Origin: Auanema rhodensis
Lineage: Eukaryota; Animalia; Nematoda
Length of the DNA: 64,000 nt
NCBI GenBank assembly: GCA_964057225.1
Contig: CAXKVF010000077.1
Location: 620,001-684,000, forward strand
Reading direction: 5' to 3'
Positions 12,401 through 26,700 of this stretch are shown one piece after another; the first letter of the stretch is position 1; every line of letters starts with the position of its first letter. The notes under the pieces are model-generated. The model worked only from the letters and a program-made list of their open reading frames with translations. It was not told the DNA's origin and did not search any database. The translations under genes and the position numbers were made by a program.

Positions 12401-14256
12401 ATTAGCATAAATTAAAGTTCACGTAAATTTCAAAGTCATGGTTACCATGAACTAATATCAATAAAAATTTGTTTTTAGACTAATATGGACATGGGGAATC
12501 TAATTTTGAAAACCGCATCTCTTTATCTTTCACGTGAAGCGAGTTACATACCAAGTGCACATCACGTGTACAATTAATTAGCATAAATTAAAGTTCACGT
12601 AAATTTCAAAGTCATGGTTACCATGAAGCAATATCAATAAAAATTTGTTTCTAGACTAATATGGACATGGGGAATCTAATTTTGAAAACCGCATCTCTTT
12701 ATCTTTCACGTGAAGCGAGTTACATACCAAGTGCACATCACGTGTACATTTAATTAGCATAAATTAAAGTTCACGTAAATTTCAAAGTCATGGTTACCAT
12801 GAAGCAATATCAATAAAAATTTGTTTTTAGACTAATATGGACATGGGGAATCTAATTTTGAAAACCACATCTCTTTATCTTTCACGTGAAGCGAGTTACA
12901 TACCAAGTGCACATCACGTGTACATTTAATTAGCATAAATTAAAGTTCACGTAAATTTCAAAGTCATGGTTACCATGAACCAATATCAATAAAAATTTGT
13001 TTTTAGACTAATATGGACATGGGGAATCTAATTTTGAAAACCGCATCTCTTTATCTTTCACGTGAAGCGAGTTACATACCAAGTGCACATCACGTGTACA
13101 TTTAATTAGCATAAATTAAAGTTCACGTAAATTTCAAAGTCATGGTTACCATGCACCAATATCAATAAAAATTTGTTTTTAGACTAATATGGACATGGGG
13201 AATCTAATTTTGAAAACCGCATCTCTTTTTCTTTCACGTGAAGCGAGTTACATACCAAGTGCACATCACGTGTACATTTAATTAGCATAAATTAAAGTTC
13301 ACGTAAATTTCAAAGTCATGGTTACCATGAAGCAATATCAATAAAAATTTGTTTTTAGACTAATATGGACATGGGGAATCTAATTTTGAAAACCGCATCT
13401 CTTCATCTTTCACGTGAAGCGAGTTACATACCAAGTGCACATCACGTGTACATTTAATTAGCATAAATTAAAGTTCACGTAAATTTCAAAGTCATGGTTA
13501 CCATGCACCAATATCAATAAAAATTTGTTTTTAGACTAATATGGACATGGGGAATCTAATTTTGAAAACCGCATCTCTTTTTCTTTCACGTGAAGCGAGT
13601 TACATACCAAGTGCACATCACGTGTACATTTAATTAGCATAAATTAAAGTTCACGTAAATTTCAAAGTCATGGTTACCATGAAGCAATATCAATAAAAAC
13701 TTGTTTTTAGACTAATATGGACATGGGGAATCTAATTTTGAAAACTACATCTCTTTATCTTTCACGTGAAGCGAGTTACATACCAAGTGCACATCACGTG
13801 TACATTTAATTAGCATAAATTAAAGTTCACGTAAATTTCAAAGTCATGGTTACCATGAATCAATATCAATAAAAATTTGTTTTTAGACTAATATGGACAT
13901 GGGGAATCTAATTTTGAAAACCGCATCTCTTTATCTTTCACGTGAAGCGAGTTACATACCAAGTGCACATCACGTGTACATTTAATTAGCATAAATTAAA
14001 GTTCACGTAAATTTCAAAGTCATGGTTACCATGAACTAATATCAATAAAAATTTGTTTTTAGACTAATATGGACATGGGGAATCTAATTTTGAAAACCGC
14101 ATCTCTTTATCTTTCACGTGAAGCGAGTTACATACCAAGTGCACATCACGTGTACATTTAATTAGCATAAATTAAAGTTCACGTAAATTTCAAAGTCATG
14201 GTTACCATGCACCAATATCAATAAAAATTTGTTTTTAGACTAATATGGACATGGGG

Positions 14257-17200
14257 AATCTAATTTTGAAAACCGCATCTCTTTATCTTTCACGTGAAGC
14301 GAGTTACATACCAAGTGCACATCACGTGTACATTTAATTAGCATAAATTAAAGTTCACGTAAATTTCAAAGTCATGGTTACCATGAACCAATATCAATAA
14401 AAATTTGTTTTTAGACTAATATGGACATGAGGAATCTAATTTTGAAAACCGCATCTCTTCATCTTTCACGTGAAGCGAGTTACATACCAAGTGCACATCA
14501 CGTGTACATTTAATTAGCATAAATTAAAGTTCACGTAAATTTCAAAGTCATGGTTACCATTCACCAATATCAATAAAAATTTGTTTTTAGACTAATATGG
14601 ACATGGGGAATCTAATTTTTAAAACCGCATCTCTTTATCTTTCACGTGAAGCGAGTTACATACCAAGTGCACATCACGTGTACATTTAATTAGCATAAAT
14701 TAAAGTTCACGTAAATTTCAAAGTCATGGTTACCATGCACCAATATCAATAAAAATTTGTTTTTAGACTAATATGGACATGGGGAATCTAATTTTGAAAA
14801 CCGCATCTCTTTATCTTTCACGTGAAGCGAGTTACATACCAAGTGCACATCACGTGTACATTTAATTAGCATAAATTAAAGTTCACGTAAATTTCAAAGT
14901 CATGGTTACCATGAAGCAATATCAATAAAAATTTGTTTTTAGACTAATATGGACATGGGGAATCTAATTTTGAAAACCGCATCTCTTTATCTTTCACGTG
15001 AAGCGAGTTACATACCAAGTGCACATCACGTGTACATTTAATTAGCATAAATTAAAGTTCACGTAAATTTCAAAGTCATGGTTACCATGAATCAATATCA
15101 ATAAAAATTTGTTTTTAGACTAATATGGACATGGGGAATCTAATTTTGAAAACCGCATCTCTTTATCTTTCACGTGAAGCGAGTTACATACCAAGTGCAC
15201 ATCACGTGTACATTTAATTAGCATAAATTAAAGTTCACGTAAATTTCAAAGTCATGGTTACCATGAACTAATATCAATAAAAATTTGTTTTTAGACTAAT
15301 ATGGACATGGGGAATCTAATTTTGAAAACCGCATCTCTTTATCTTTCACGTGAAGCGAGTTACATACCAAGTGCACATCACGTGTACATTTAATTAGCAT
15401 AAATTAAAGTTCACGTAAATTTCAAAGTCATGGTTACCATGAACCAATATCAATAAAAATTTGTTTTTAGACTAATATGGACATGGGGAATCTAATTTTG
15501 AAAACCGCATCTCTTTATCTTTCACGTGAAGCGAGTTACATACCAAGTGCACATCACGTGTACATTTAATTAGCATAAATTAAAGTTCACGTAAATTTCA
15601 AAGTCATGGTTACCATGAACTAATATCAATAAAAATTTGTTTTTAGACTAATATGGACATGGGGAATCTAATTTTGAAAACCGCATCTCTTTATCTTTCA
15701 CGTGAAGCGAGTTACATACCAAGTGCACATCACGTGTACATTTAATTAGCATAAATTAAAGTTCACGTAAATTTCAAAGTCATGGTTACCATGCACCAAT
15801 ATCAATAAAAATTTGTTTTTAGACTAATATGAACATGGGGAATCTAATTTTGAAAACCGCATCTCTTTATCTTTCACGTGAAGCGAGTTACATACCAAGT
15901 GCACATCACGTGTACATTTAATTAGCATAAATTAAAGTTCACGTAAATTTCAAAGTCATGGTTACCATGCACCAATATCAATAAAAATTTGTTTTTAGAC
16001 TAATATGAACATGGGGAATCTAATTTTGAAAACCGCATCTCTTTATCTTTCACGTGAAGCGAGTTACATACCAAGTGCACATCACGTGTACATTTAATTA
16101 GCATAAATTAAAGTTCACGTAAATTTCAAAGTCATGGTTACCATGCACCAATATCAATAAAAATTTGTTTTTAGACTAATATGAACATGGGGAATCTAAT
16201 TTTGAAAACCGCATCTCTTTATCTTTCACGTGAAGCGAGTTACATACCAAGTGCACATCACGTGTACATTTAATTAGCATAAATTAAAGTTCACGTAAAT
16301 TTCAAAGTCATGGTTACCATGAACCAATATCAATAAAAATTTGTTTTTAGACTAATATGGACATGGGGAATCTAATTTTGAAAACCGCATCTCTTTATCT
16401 TTCACGTGAAGCGAGTTACATACCAAGTGCACATCACGTGTACATTTAATTAGCATAAATTAAAGTTCACGTAAATTTCAAAGTCATGGTTACCATGAAC
16501 CAATATCAATAAAAATTTGTTTTTAGACTAATATGGACATGGGGAATCTAATTTTGAAAACCGCATCTCTTTATCTTTCACGTGAAGCGAGTTACATACC
16601 AAGTGCACATCACGTGTACATTTAATTAGCATAAATTAAAGTTCACGTAAATTTCAAAGTCATGGTTACCATGAACCAATATCAATAAAAATTTGTTTTT
16701 AGACTAATATGGACATGGGGAATCTAATTTTGAAAACCGCATCTCTTTATCTTTCACGTGAAGCGAGTTACATACCAAGTGCACATCACGTGTACATTTA
16801 ATTAGCATAAATTAAAGTTCACGTAAATTTCAAAGTCATGGTTACCATGCACCAATATCAATAAAAATTTGTTTTTAGACTAATATGAACATGGGGAATC
16901 TAATTTTGAAAACCGCATCTCTTTATCTTTCACGTGAAGCGAGTTACATACCAAGTGCACATCACGTGTACATTTAATTAGCATAAATTAAAGTTCACGT
17001 AAATTTCAAAGTCATGGTTACCATGCACCAATATCAATAAAAATTTGTTTTTAGACTAATATGAACATGGGGAATCTAATTTTGAAAACCGCATCTCTTT
17101 ATCTTTCACGTGAAGCGAGTTACATACCAAGTGCACATCACGTGTACATTTAATTAGCATAAATTAAAGTTCACGTAAATTTCAAAGTCATGGTTACCAT

Positions 17201-20200
17201 GCACCAATATCAATAAAAATTTGTTTTTAGACTAATATGGACATGGGGAATCTAATTTTGAAAACCGCATCTCTTTATCTTTCACGTGAAGCGAGTTACA
17301 TACCAAGTGCACATCACGTGTACATTTAATTAGCATAAATTAAAGTTCACGTAAATTTCAAAGTCATGGTTACCATGAACTAATATCAATAAAAATTTGT
17401 TTTTAGACTAATATGGACATGGGGAATCTAATTTTGAAAACCGCATCTCTTTATCTTTCACGTGAAGCGAGTTACATACCAAGTGCACATCACGTGTACA
17501 TTTAATTAGCATAAATTAAAGTTCACGTAAATTTCAAAGTCATGGTTACCATGAACCAATATCAATAAAAATTTGTTTTTAGACTAATATGGACATGGGG
17601 AATCTAATTTTGAAAACCGCATCTCTTTATCTTTCACGTGAAGCGAGTTACATACCAAGTGCACATCACGTGTACATTTAATTAGCATAAATTAAAGTTC
17701 ACGTAAATTTCAAAGTCATGGTTACCATGAACTAATATCAATAAAAATTTGTTTTTAGACTAATATGGACATGGGGAATCTAATTTTGAAAACCGCATCT
17801 CTTTATCTTTCACGTGAAGCGAGTTACATACCAAGTGCACATCACGTGTACAATTAATTAGCATAAATTAAAGTTCACGTAAATTTCAAAGTCATGGTTA
17901 CCATGAAGCAATATCAATAAAAATTTGTTTCTAGACTAATATGGACATGGGGAATCTAATTTTGAAAACCGCATCTCTTTATCTTTCACGTGAAGCGAGT
18001 TACATACCAAGTGCACATCACGTGTACATTTAATTAGCATAAATTAAAGTTCACGTAAATTTCAAAGTCATGGTTACCATGAACCAATATCAATAAAAAT
18101 TTGTTTTTAGACTAATATGGACATGGGGAATCTAATTTTGAAAACCGCATCTCTTTATCTTTCACGTGAAGCGAGTTACATACCAAGTGCACATCACGTG
18201 TACATTTAATTAGCATAAATTAAAGTTCACGTAAATTTCAAAGTCATGGTTACCATGAAGCAATATCAATAAAAATTTGTTTTTAGACTAATATGGACAT
18301 GGGGAATCTAATTTTGAAAACCACATCTCTTTATCTTTCACGTGAAGCGAGTTACATACCAAGTGCACATCACGTGTACATTTAATTAGCATAAATTAAA
18401 GTTCACGTAAATTTCAAAGTCATGGTTACCATGAAGCAATATCAATAAAAATTTGTTTTTAGACTAATATGGACATGGGGAATCTAATTTTGAAAACCGC
18501 ATCTCTTTATCTTTCACGTGAAGCGAGTTACATACCAAGTGCACATCACGTGTACATTTAATTAGCATAAATTAAAGTTCACGTAAATTTCAAAGTCATG
18601 GTTACCATGAAGCAATATCAATAAAAATTTGTTTTTAGACTAATATGGACATGGGGAATCTAATTTTGAAAACCGCATCTCTTTATCTTTCACGTGAAGC
18701 GAGTTACATACCAAGTGCACATCACGTGTACAATTAATTAGCATAAATTAAAGTTCACGTAAATTTCAAAGTCATGGTTACCATGAAGCAATATCAATAA
18801 AAATTTGTTTCTAGACTAATATGGACATGGGGAATCTAATTTTGAAAACCGCATCTCTTTATCTTTCACGTGAAGCGAGTTACATACCAAGTGCACATCA
18901 CGTGTACATTTAATTAGCATAAATTAAAGTTCACGTAAATTTCAAAGTCATGGTTACCATGAAGCAATATCAATAAAAATTTGTTTTTAGACTAATATGG
19001 ACATGGGGAATCTAATTTTGAAAACCACATCTCTTTATCTTTCACGTGAAGCGAGTTACATACCAAGTGCACATCACGTGTACATTTAATTAGCATAAAT
19101 TAAAGTTCACGTAAATTTCAAAGTCATGGTTACCATGAACCAATATCAATAAAAATTTGTTTTTAGACTAATATGGACATGGGGAATCTAATTTTGAAAA
19201 CCGCATCTCTTTATCTTTCACGTGAAGCGAGTTACATACCAAGTGCACATCACGTGTACATTTAATTAGCATAAATTAAAGTTCACGTAAATTTCAAAGT
19301 CATGGTTACCATGAACCAATATCAATAAAAATTTGTTTTTAGACTAATATGGACATGAGGAATCTAATTTTGAAAACCGCATCTCTTCATCTTTCACGTG
19401 AAGCGAGTTACATACCAAGTGCACATCACGTGTACATTTAATTAGCATAAATTAAAGTTCACGTAAATTTCAAAGTCATGGTTACCATTCACCAATATCA
19501 ATAAAAATTTGTTTTTAGACTAATATGGACATGGGGAATCTAATTTTTAAAACCGCATCTCTTTATCTTTCACGTGAAGCGAGTTACATACCAAGTGCAC
19601 ATCACGTGTACATTTAATTAGCATAAATTAAAGTTCACGTAAATTTCAAAGTCATGGTTACCATGCACCAATATCAATAAAAATTTGTTTTTAGACTAAT
19701 ATGGACATGGGGAATCTAATTTTGAAAACCGCATCTCTTTATCTTTCACGTGAAGCGAGTTACATACCAAGTGCACATCACGTGTACATTTAATTAGCAT
19801 AAATTAAAGTTCACGTAAATTTCAAAGTCATGGTTACCATGAACTAATATCAATAAAAATTTGTTTTTAGACTAATATGGACATGGGGAATCTAATTTTG
19901 AAAACCGCATCTCTTTATCTTTCACGTGAAGCGAGTTACATACCAAGTGCACATCACGTGTACATTTAATTAGCATAAATTAAAGTTCACGTAAATTTCA
20001 AAGTCATGGTTACCATGAACCAATATCAATAAAAATTTGTTTTTAGACTAATATGGACATGGGGAATCTAATTTTGAAAACCGCATCTCTTTATCTTTCA
20101 CGTGAAGCGAGTTACATACCAAGTGCACATCACGTGTACATTTAATTAGCATAAATTAAAGTTCACGTAAATTTCAAAGTCATGGTTACCATGAACTAAT

Positions 20201-23200
20201 ATCAATAAAAATTTGTTTTTAGACTAATATGGACATGGGGAATCTAATTTTGAAAACCGCATCTCTTTATCTTTCACGTGAAGCGAGTTACATACCAAGT
20301 GCACATCACGTGTACATTTAATTAGCATAAATTAAAGTTCACGTAAATTTCAAAGTCATGGTTACCATGCACCAATATCAATAAAAATTTGTTTTTAGAC
20401 TAATATGAACATGGGGAATCTAATTTTGAAAACCGCATCTCTTTATCTTTCACGTGAAGCGAGTTACATACCAAGTGCACATCACGTGTACATTTAATTA
20501 GCATAAATTAAAGTTCACGTAAATTTCAAAGTCATGGTTACCATGCACCAATATCAATAAAAATTTGTTTTTAGACTAATATGAACATGGGGAATCTAAT
20601 TTTGAAAACCGCATCTCTTTATCTTTCACGTGAAGCGAGTTACATACCAAGTGCACATCACGTGTACATTTAATTAGCATAAATTAAAGTTCACGTAAAT
20701 TTCAAAGTCATGGTTACCATGCACCAATATCAATAAAAATTTGTTTTTAGACTAATATGAACATGGGGAATCTAATTTTGAAAACCGCATCTCTTTATCT
20801 TTCACGTGAAGCGAGTTACATACCAAGTGCACATCACGTGTACATTTAATTAGCATAAATTAAAGTTCACGTAAATTTCAAAGTCATGGTTACCATGAAC
20901 CAATATCAATAAAAATTTGTTTTTAGACTAATATGGACATGGGGAATCTAATTTTGAAAACCGCATCTCTTTATCTTTCACGTGAAGCGAGTTACATACC
21001 AAGTGCACATCACGTGTACATTTAATTAGCATAAATTAAAGTTCACGTAAATTTCAAAGTCATGGTTACCATGAACCAATATCAATAAAAATTTGTTTTT
21101 AGACTAATATGGACATGGGGAATCTAATTTTGAAAACCGCATCTCTTTATCTTTCACGTGAAGCGAGTTACATACCAAGTGCACATCACGTGTACATTTA
21201 ATTAGCATAAATTAAAGTTCACGTAAATTTCAAAGTCATGGTTACCATGAACCAATATCAATAAAAATTTGTTTTTAGACTAATATGGACATGGGGAATC
21301 TAATTTTGAAAACCGCATCTCTTTATCTTTCACGTGAAGCGAGTTACATACCAAGTGCACATCACGTGTACATTTAATTAGCATAAATTAAAGTTCACGT
21401 AAATTTCAAAGTCATGGTTACCATGCACCAATATCAATAAAAATTTGTTTTTAGACTAATATGAACATGGGGAATCTAATTTTGAAAACCGCATCTCTTT
21501 ATCTTTCACGTGAAGCGAGTTACATACCAAGTGCACATCACGTGTACATTTAATTAGCATAAATTAAAGTTCACGTAAATTTCAAAGTCATGGTTACCAT
21601 GCACCAATATCAATAAAAATTTGTTTTTAGACTAATATGAACATGGGGAATCTAATTTTGAAAACCGCATCTCTTTATCTTTCACGTGAAGCGAGTTACA
21701 TACCAAGTGCACATCACGTGTACATTTAATTAGCATAAATTAAAGTTCACGTAAATTTCAAAGTCATGGTTACCATGCACCAATATCAATAAAAATTTGT
21801 TTTTAGACTAATATGGACATGGGGAATCTAATTTTGAAAACCGCATCTCTTTATCTTTCACGTGAAGCGAGTTACATACCAAGTGCACATCACGTGTACA
21901 TTTAATTAGCATAAATTGAAGTTCACGTAAATTTCAAAGTCATGGTTACCATGAACTAATATCAATAAAAATTTGTTTTTAGACTAATATGGACATGGGG
22001 AATCTAATTTTGAAAACCGCATCTCTTTATCTTTCACGTGAAGCGAGTTACATACCAAGTGCACATCACGTGTACATTTAATTAGCATAAATTAAAGTTC
22101 ACGTAAATTTCAAAGTCATGGTTACCATGAACCAATATCAATAAAAATTTGTTTTTAGACTAATATGGACATGGGGAATCTAATTTTGAAAACCGCATCT
22201 CTTTATCTTTCACGTGAAGCGAGTTACATACCAAGTGCACATCACGTGTACATTTAATTAGCATAAATTAAAGTTCACGTAAATTTCAAAGTCATGGTTA
22301 CCATGAACTAATATCAATAAAAATTTGTTTTTAGACTAATATGGACATGGGGAATCTAATTTTGAAAACCGCATCTCTTTATCTTTCACGTGAAGCGAGT
22401 TACATACCAAGTGCACATCACGTGTACAATTAATTAGCATAAATTAAAGTTCACGTAAATTTCAAAGTCATGGTTACCATGAAGCAATATCAATAAAAAT
22501 TTGTTTCTAGACTAATATGGACATGGGGAATCTAATTTTGAAAACCGCATCTCTTTATCTTTCACGTGAAGCGAGTTACATACCAAGTGCACATCACGTG
22601 TACATTTAATTAGCATAAATTAAAGTTCACGTAAATTTCAAAGTCATGGTTACCATGAACCAATATCAATAAAAATTTGTTTTTAGACTAATATGGACAT
22701 GGGGAATCTAATTTTGAAAACCGCATCTCTTTATCTTTCACGTGAAGCGAGTTACATACCAAGTGCACATCACGTGTACATTTAATTAGCATAAATTAAA
22801 GTTCACGTAAATTTCAAAGTCATGGTTACCATGAAGCAATATCAATAAAAATTTGTTTTTAGACTAATATGGACATGGGGAATCTAATTTTGAAAACCAC
22901 ATCTCTTTATCTTTCACGTGAAGCGAGTTACATACCAAGTGCACATCACGTGTACATTTAATTAGCATAAATTAAAGTTCACGTAAATTTCAAAGTCATG
23001 GTTACCATGAAGCAATATCAATAAAAATTTGTTTTTAGACTAATATGGACATGGGGAATCTAATTTTGAAAACCGCATCTCTTTATCTTTCACGTGAAGC
23101 GAGTTACATACCAAGTGCACATCACGTGTACATTTAATTAGCATAAATTAAAGTTCACGTAAATTTCAAAGTCATGGTTACCATGAAGCAATATCAATAA

Positions 23201-23760
23201 AAATTTGTTTTTAGACTAATATGGACATGGGGAATCTAATTTTGAAAACCGCATCTCTTTATCTTTCACGTGAAGCGAGTTACATACCAAGTGCACATCA
23301 CGTGTACAATTAATTAGCATAAATTAAAGTTCACGTAAATTTCAAAGTCATGGTTACCATGAAGCAATATCAATAAAAATTTGTTTCTAGACTAATATGG
23401 ACATGGGGAATCTAATTTTGAAAACCGCATCTCTTTATCTTTCACGTGAAGCGAGTTACATACCAAGTGCACATCACGTGTACATTTAATTAGCATAAAT
23501 TAAAGTTCACGTAAATTTCAAAGTCATGGTTACCATGAAGCAATATCAATAAAAATTTGTTTTTAGACTAATATGGACATGGGGAATCTAATTTTGAAAA
23601 CCACATCTCTTTATCTTTCACGTGAAGCGAGTTACATACCAAGTGCACATCACGTGTACATTTAATTAGCATAAATTAAAGTTCACGTAAATTTCAAAGT
23701 CATGGTTACCATGAACCAATATCAATAAAAATTTGTTTTTAGACTAATATGGACATGGGG
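14257..23760. repeat. Large tandem higher-order duplication: 28 monomers (14257-19184) followed by a 26-monomer copy (19185-23760)
   Basis: Allele order and rare variants (G174A, T28C+TCACC, G12T, runs of G168A, T77A+T155C, G19A) recur. Offset is 4576 bp over most of the block (e.g. XbaI variants 17931/22507 and 18811/23387). Two monomers (14785-15136) have no counterpart in the second copy. Confidence 0.85.
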
Positions 23761-26700
23761 AATCTAATTTTGAAAACCGCATCTCTTTATCTTTCACGTG
23801 AAGCGAGTTACATACCAAGTGCACATCACGTGTACATTTAATTAGCATAAATTAAAGTTCACGTAAATTTCAAAGTCATGGTTACCATGAACCAATATCA
23901 ATAAAAATTTGTTTTTAGACTAATATGGACATGGGGAATCTAATTTTGAAAACCGCATCTCTTTATCTTTCACGTGAAGCGAGTTACATACCAAGTGCAC
24001 ATCACGTGTACATTTAATTAGCATAAATTAAAGTTCACGTAAATTTCAAAGTCATGGTTACCATGAACCAATATCAATAAAAATTTGTTTTTAGACTAAT
24101 ATGGACATGGGGAATCTAATTTTGAAAACCGCATCTCTTTATCTTTCACGTGAAGCGAGTTACATACCAAGTGCACATCACGTGTACATTTAATTAGCAT
24201 AAATTAAAGTTCACGTAAATTTCAAAGTCATGGTTACCATGCACCAATATCAATAAAAATTTGTTTTTAGACTAATATGAACATGGGGAATCTAATTTTG
24301 AAAACCGCATCTCTTTATCTTTCACGTGAAGCGAGTTACATACCAAGTGCACATCACGTGTACATTTAATTAGCATAAATTAAAGTTCACGTAAATTTCA
24401 AAGTCATGGTTACCATGCACCAATATCAATAAAAATTTGTTTTTAGACTAATATGGACATGGGGAATCTAATTTTGAAAACCGCATCTCTTTATCTTTCA
24501 CGTGAAGCGAGTTACATACCAAGTGCACATCACGTGTACATTTAATTAGCATAAATTAAAGTTCACGTAAATTTCAAAGTCATGGTTACCATGCACCAAT
24601 ATCAATAAAAATTTGTTTTTAGACTAATATGAACATGGGGAATCTAATTTTGAAAACCGCATCTCTTTATCTTTCACGTGAAGCGAGTTACATACCAAGT
24701 GCACATCACGTGTACATTTAATTAGCATAAATTAAAGTTCACGTAAATTTCAAAGTCATGGTTACCATGAACCAATATCAATAAAAATTTGTTTTTAGAC
24801 TAATATGGACATGGGGAATCTAATTTTGAAAACCGCATCTCTTTATCTTTCACGTGAAGCGAGTTACATACCAAGTGCACATCACGTGTACATTTAATTA
24901 GCATAAATTAAAGTTCACGTAAATTTCAAAGTCATGGTTACCATGAACCAATATCAATAAAAATTTGTTTTTAGACTAATATGGACATGGGGAATCTAAT
25001 TTTGAAAACCGCATCTCTTTATCTTTCACGTGAAGCGAGTTACATACCAAGTGCACATCACGTGTACATTTAATTAGCATAAATTAAAGTTCACGTAAAT
25101 TTCAAAGTCATGGTTACCATGAACCAATATCAATAAAAATTTGTTTTTAGACTAATATGGACATGGGGAATCTAATTTTGAAAACCGCATCTCTTTTTCT
25201 TTCACGTGAAGCGAGTTACATACCAAGTGCACATCACGTGTACATTTAATTAGCATAAATTAAAGTTCACGTAAATTTCAAAGTCATGGTTACCATGAAG
25301 CAATATCAATAAAAATTTGTTTTTAGACTAATATGGACATGGGGAATCTAATTTTGAAAACCGCATCTCTTTATCTTTCACGTGAAGCGAGTTACATACC
25401 AAGTGCACATCACGTGTACATTTAATTAGCATAAATTAAAGTTCACGTAAATTTCAAAGTCATGGTTACCATGAATCAATATCAATAAAAATTTGTTTTT
25501 AGACTAATATGGACATGGGGAATCTAATTTTGAAAACCGCATCTCTTTATCTTTCACGTGAAGCGAGTTACATACCAAGTGCACATCACGTGTACATTTA
25601 ATTAGCATAAATTAAAGTTCACGTAAATTTCAAAGTCATGGTTACCATGCACCAATATCAATAAAAATTTGTTTTTAGACTAATATGAACATGGGGAATC
25701 TAATTTTGAAAACCGCATCTCTTTATCTTTCACGAGAAGCGAGTTACATACCAAGTGCACATCACGTGTACATTTAATTAGCATAAATTAAAGTTCACGT
25801 AAATTTCAAAGTCATGGTTACCATGCACCAATATCAATAAAAATTTGTTTTTAGACTAATATGGACATGAGGAATCTAATTTTGAAAACCGCATCTCTTT
25901 ATCTTTCACGTGAAGCGAGTTACATACCAAGTGCACATCACGTGTACATTTAATTAGCATAAATTAAAGTTCACGTAAATTTCAAAGTCATGGTTACCAT
26001 GAACCAATATCAATAAAAATTTGTTTTTAGACTAATATGGACATGAGGAATCTAATTTTGAAAACCGCATCTCTTCATCTTTCACGTGAAGCGAGTTACA
26101 TACCAAGTGCACATCACGTGTACATTTAATTAGCATAAATTAAAGTTCACGTAAATTTCAAAGTCATGGTTACCATTCACCAATATCAATAAAAATTTGT
26201 TTTTAGACTAATATGGACATGGGGAATCTAATTGTTAAAACCGCATCTCTTTATCTTTCACGTGAAGCGAGTTACATACCAAGTGCACATCACGTGTACA
26301 TTTAATTAGCATAAATTAAAGTTCACGTAAATTTCAAAGTCATGGTTACCATGCACCAATATCAATAAAAATTTGTTTTTAGACTAATATGGACATGGGG
26401 AATCTAATTTTGAAAACCGCATCTCTTTATCTTTCACGTGAAGCGAGTTACATACCAAGTGCACATCACGTGTACATTTAATTAGCATAAATTAAAGTTC
26501 ACGTAAATTTCAAAGTCATGGTTACCATGAAGCAATATCAATAAAAATTTGTTTTTAGACTAATATGGACATGGGGAATCTAATTTTGAAAACCGCATCT
26601 CTTTATCTTTCACGTGAAGCGAGTTACATACCAAGTGCACATCACGTGTACATTTAATTAGCATAAATTAAAGTTCACGTAAATTTCAAAGTCATGGTTA

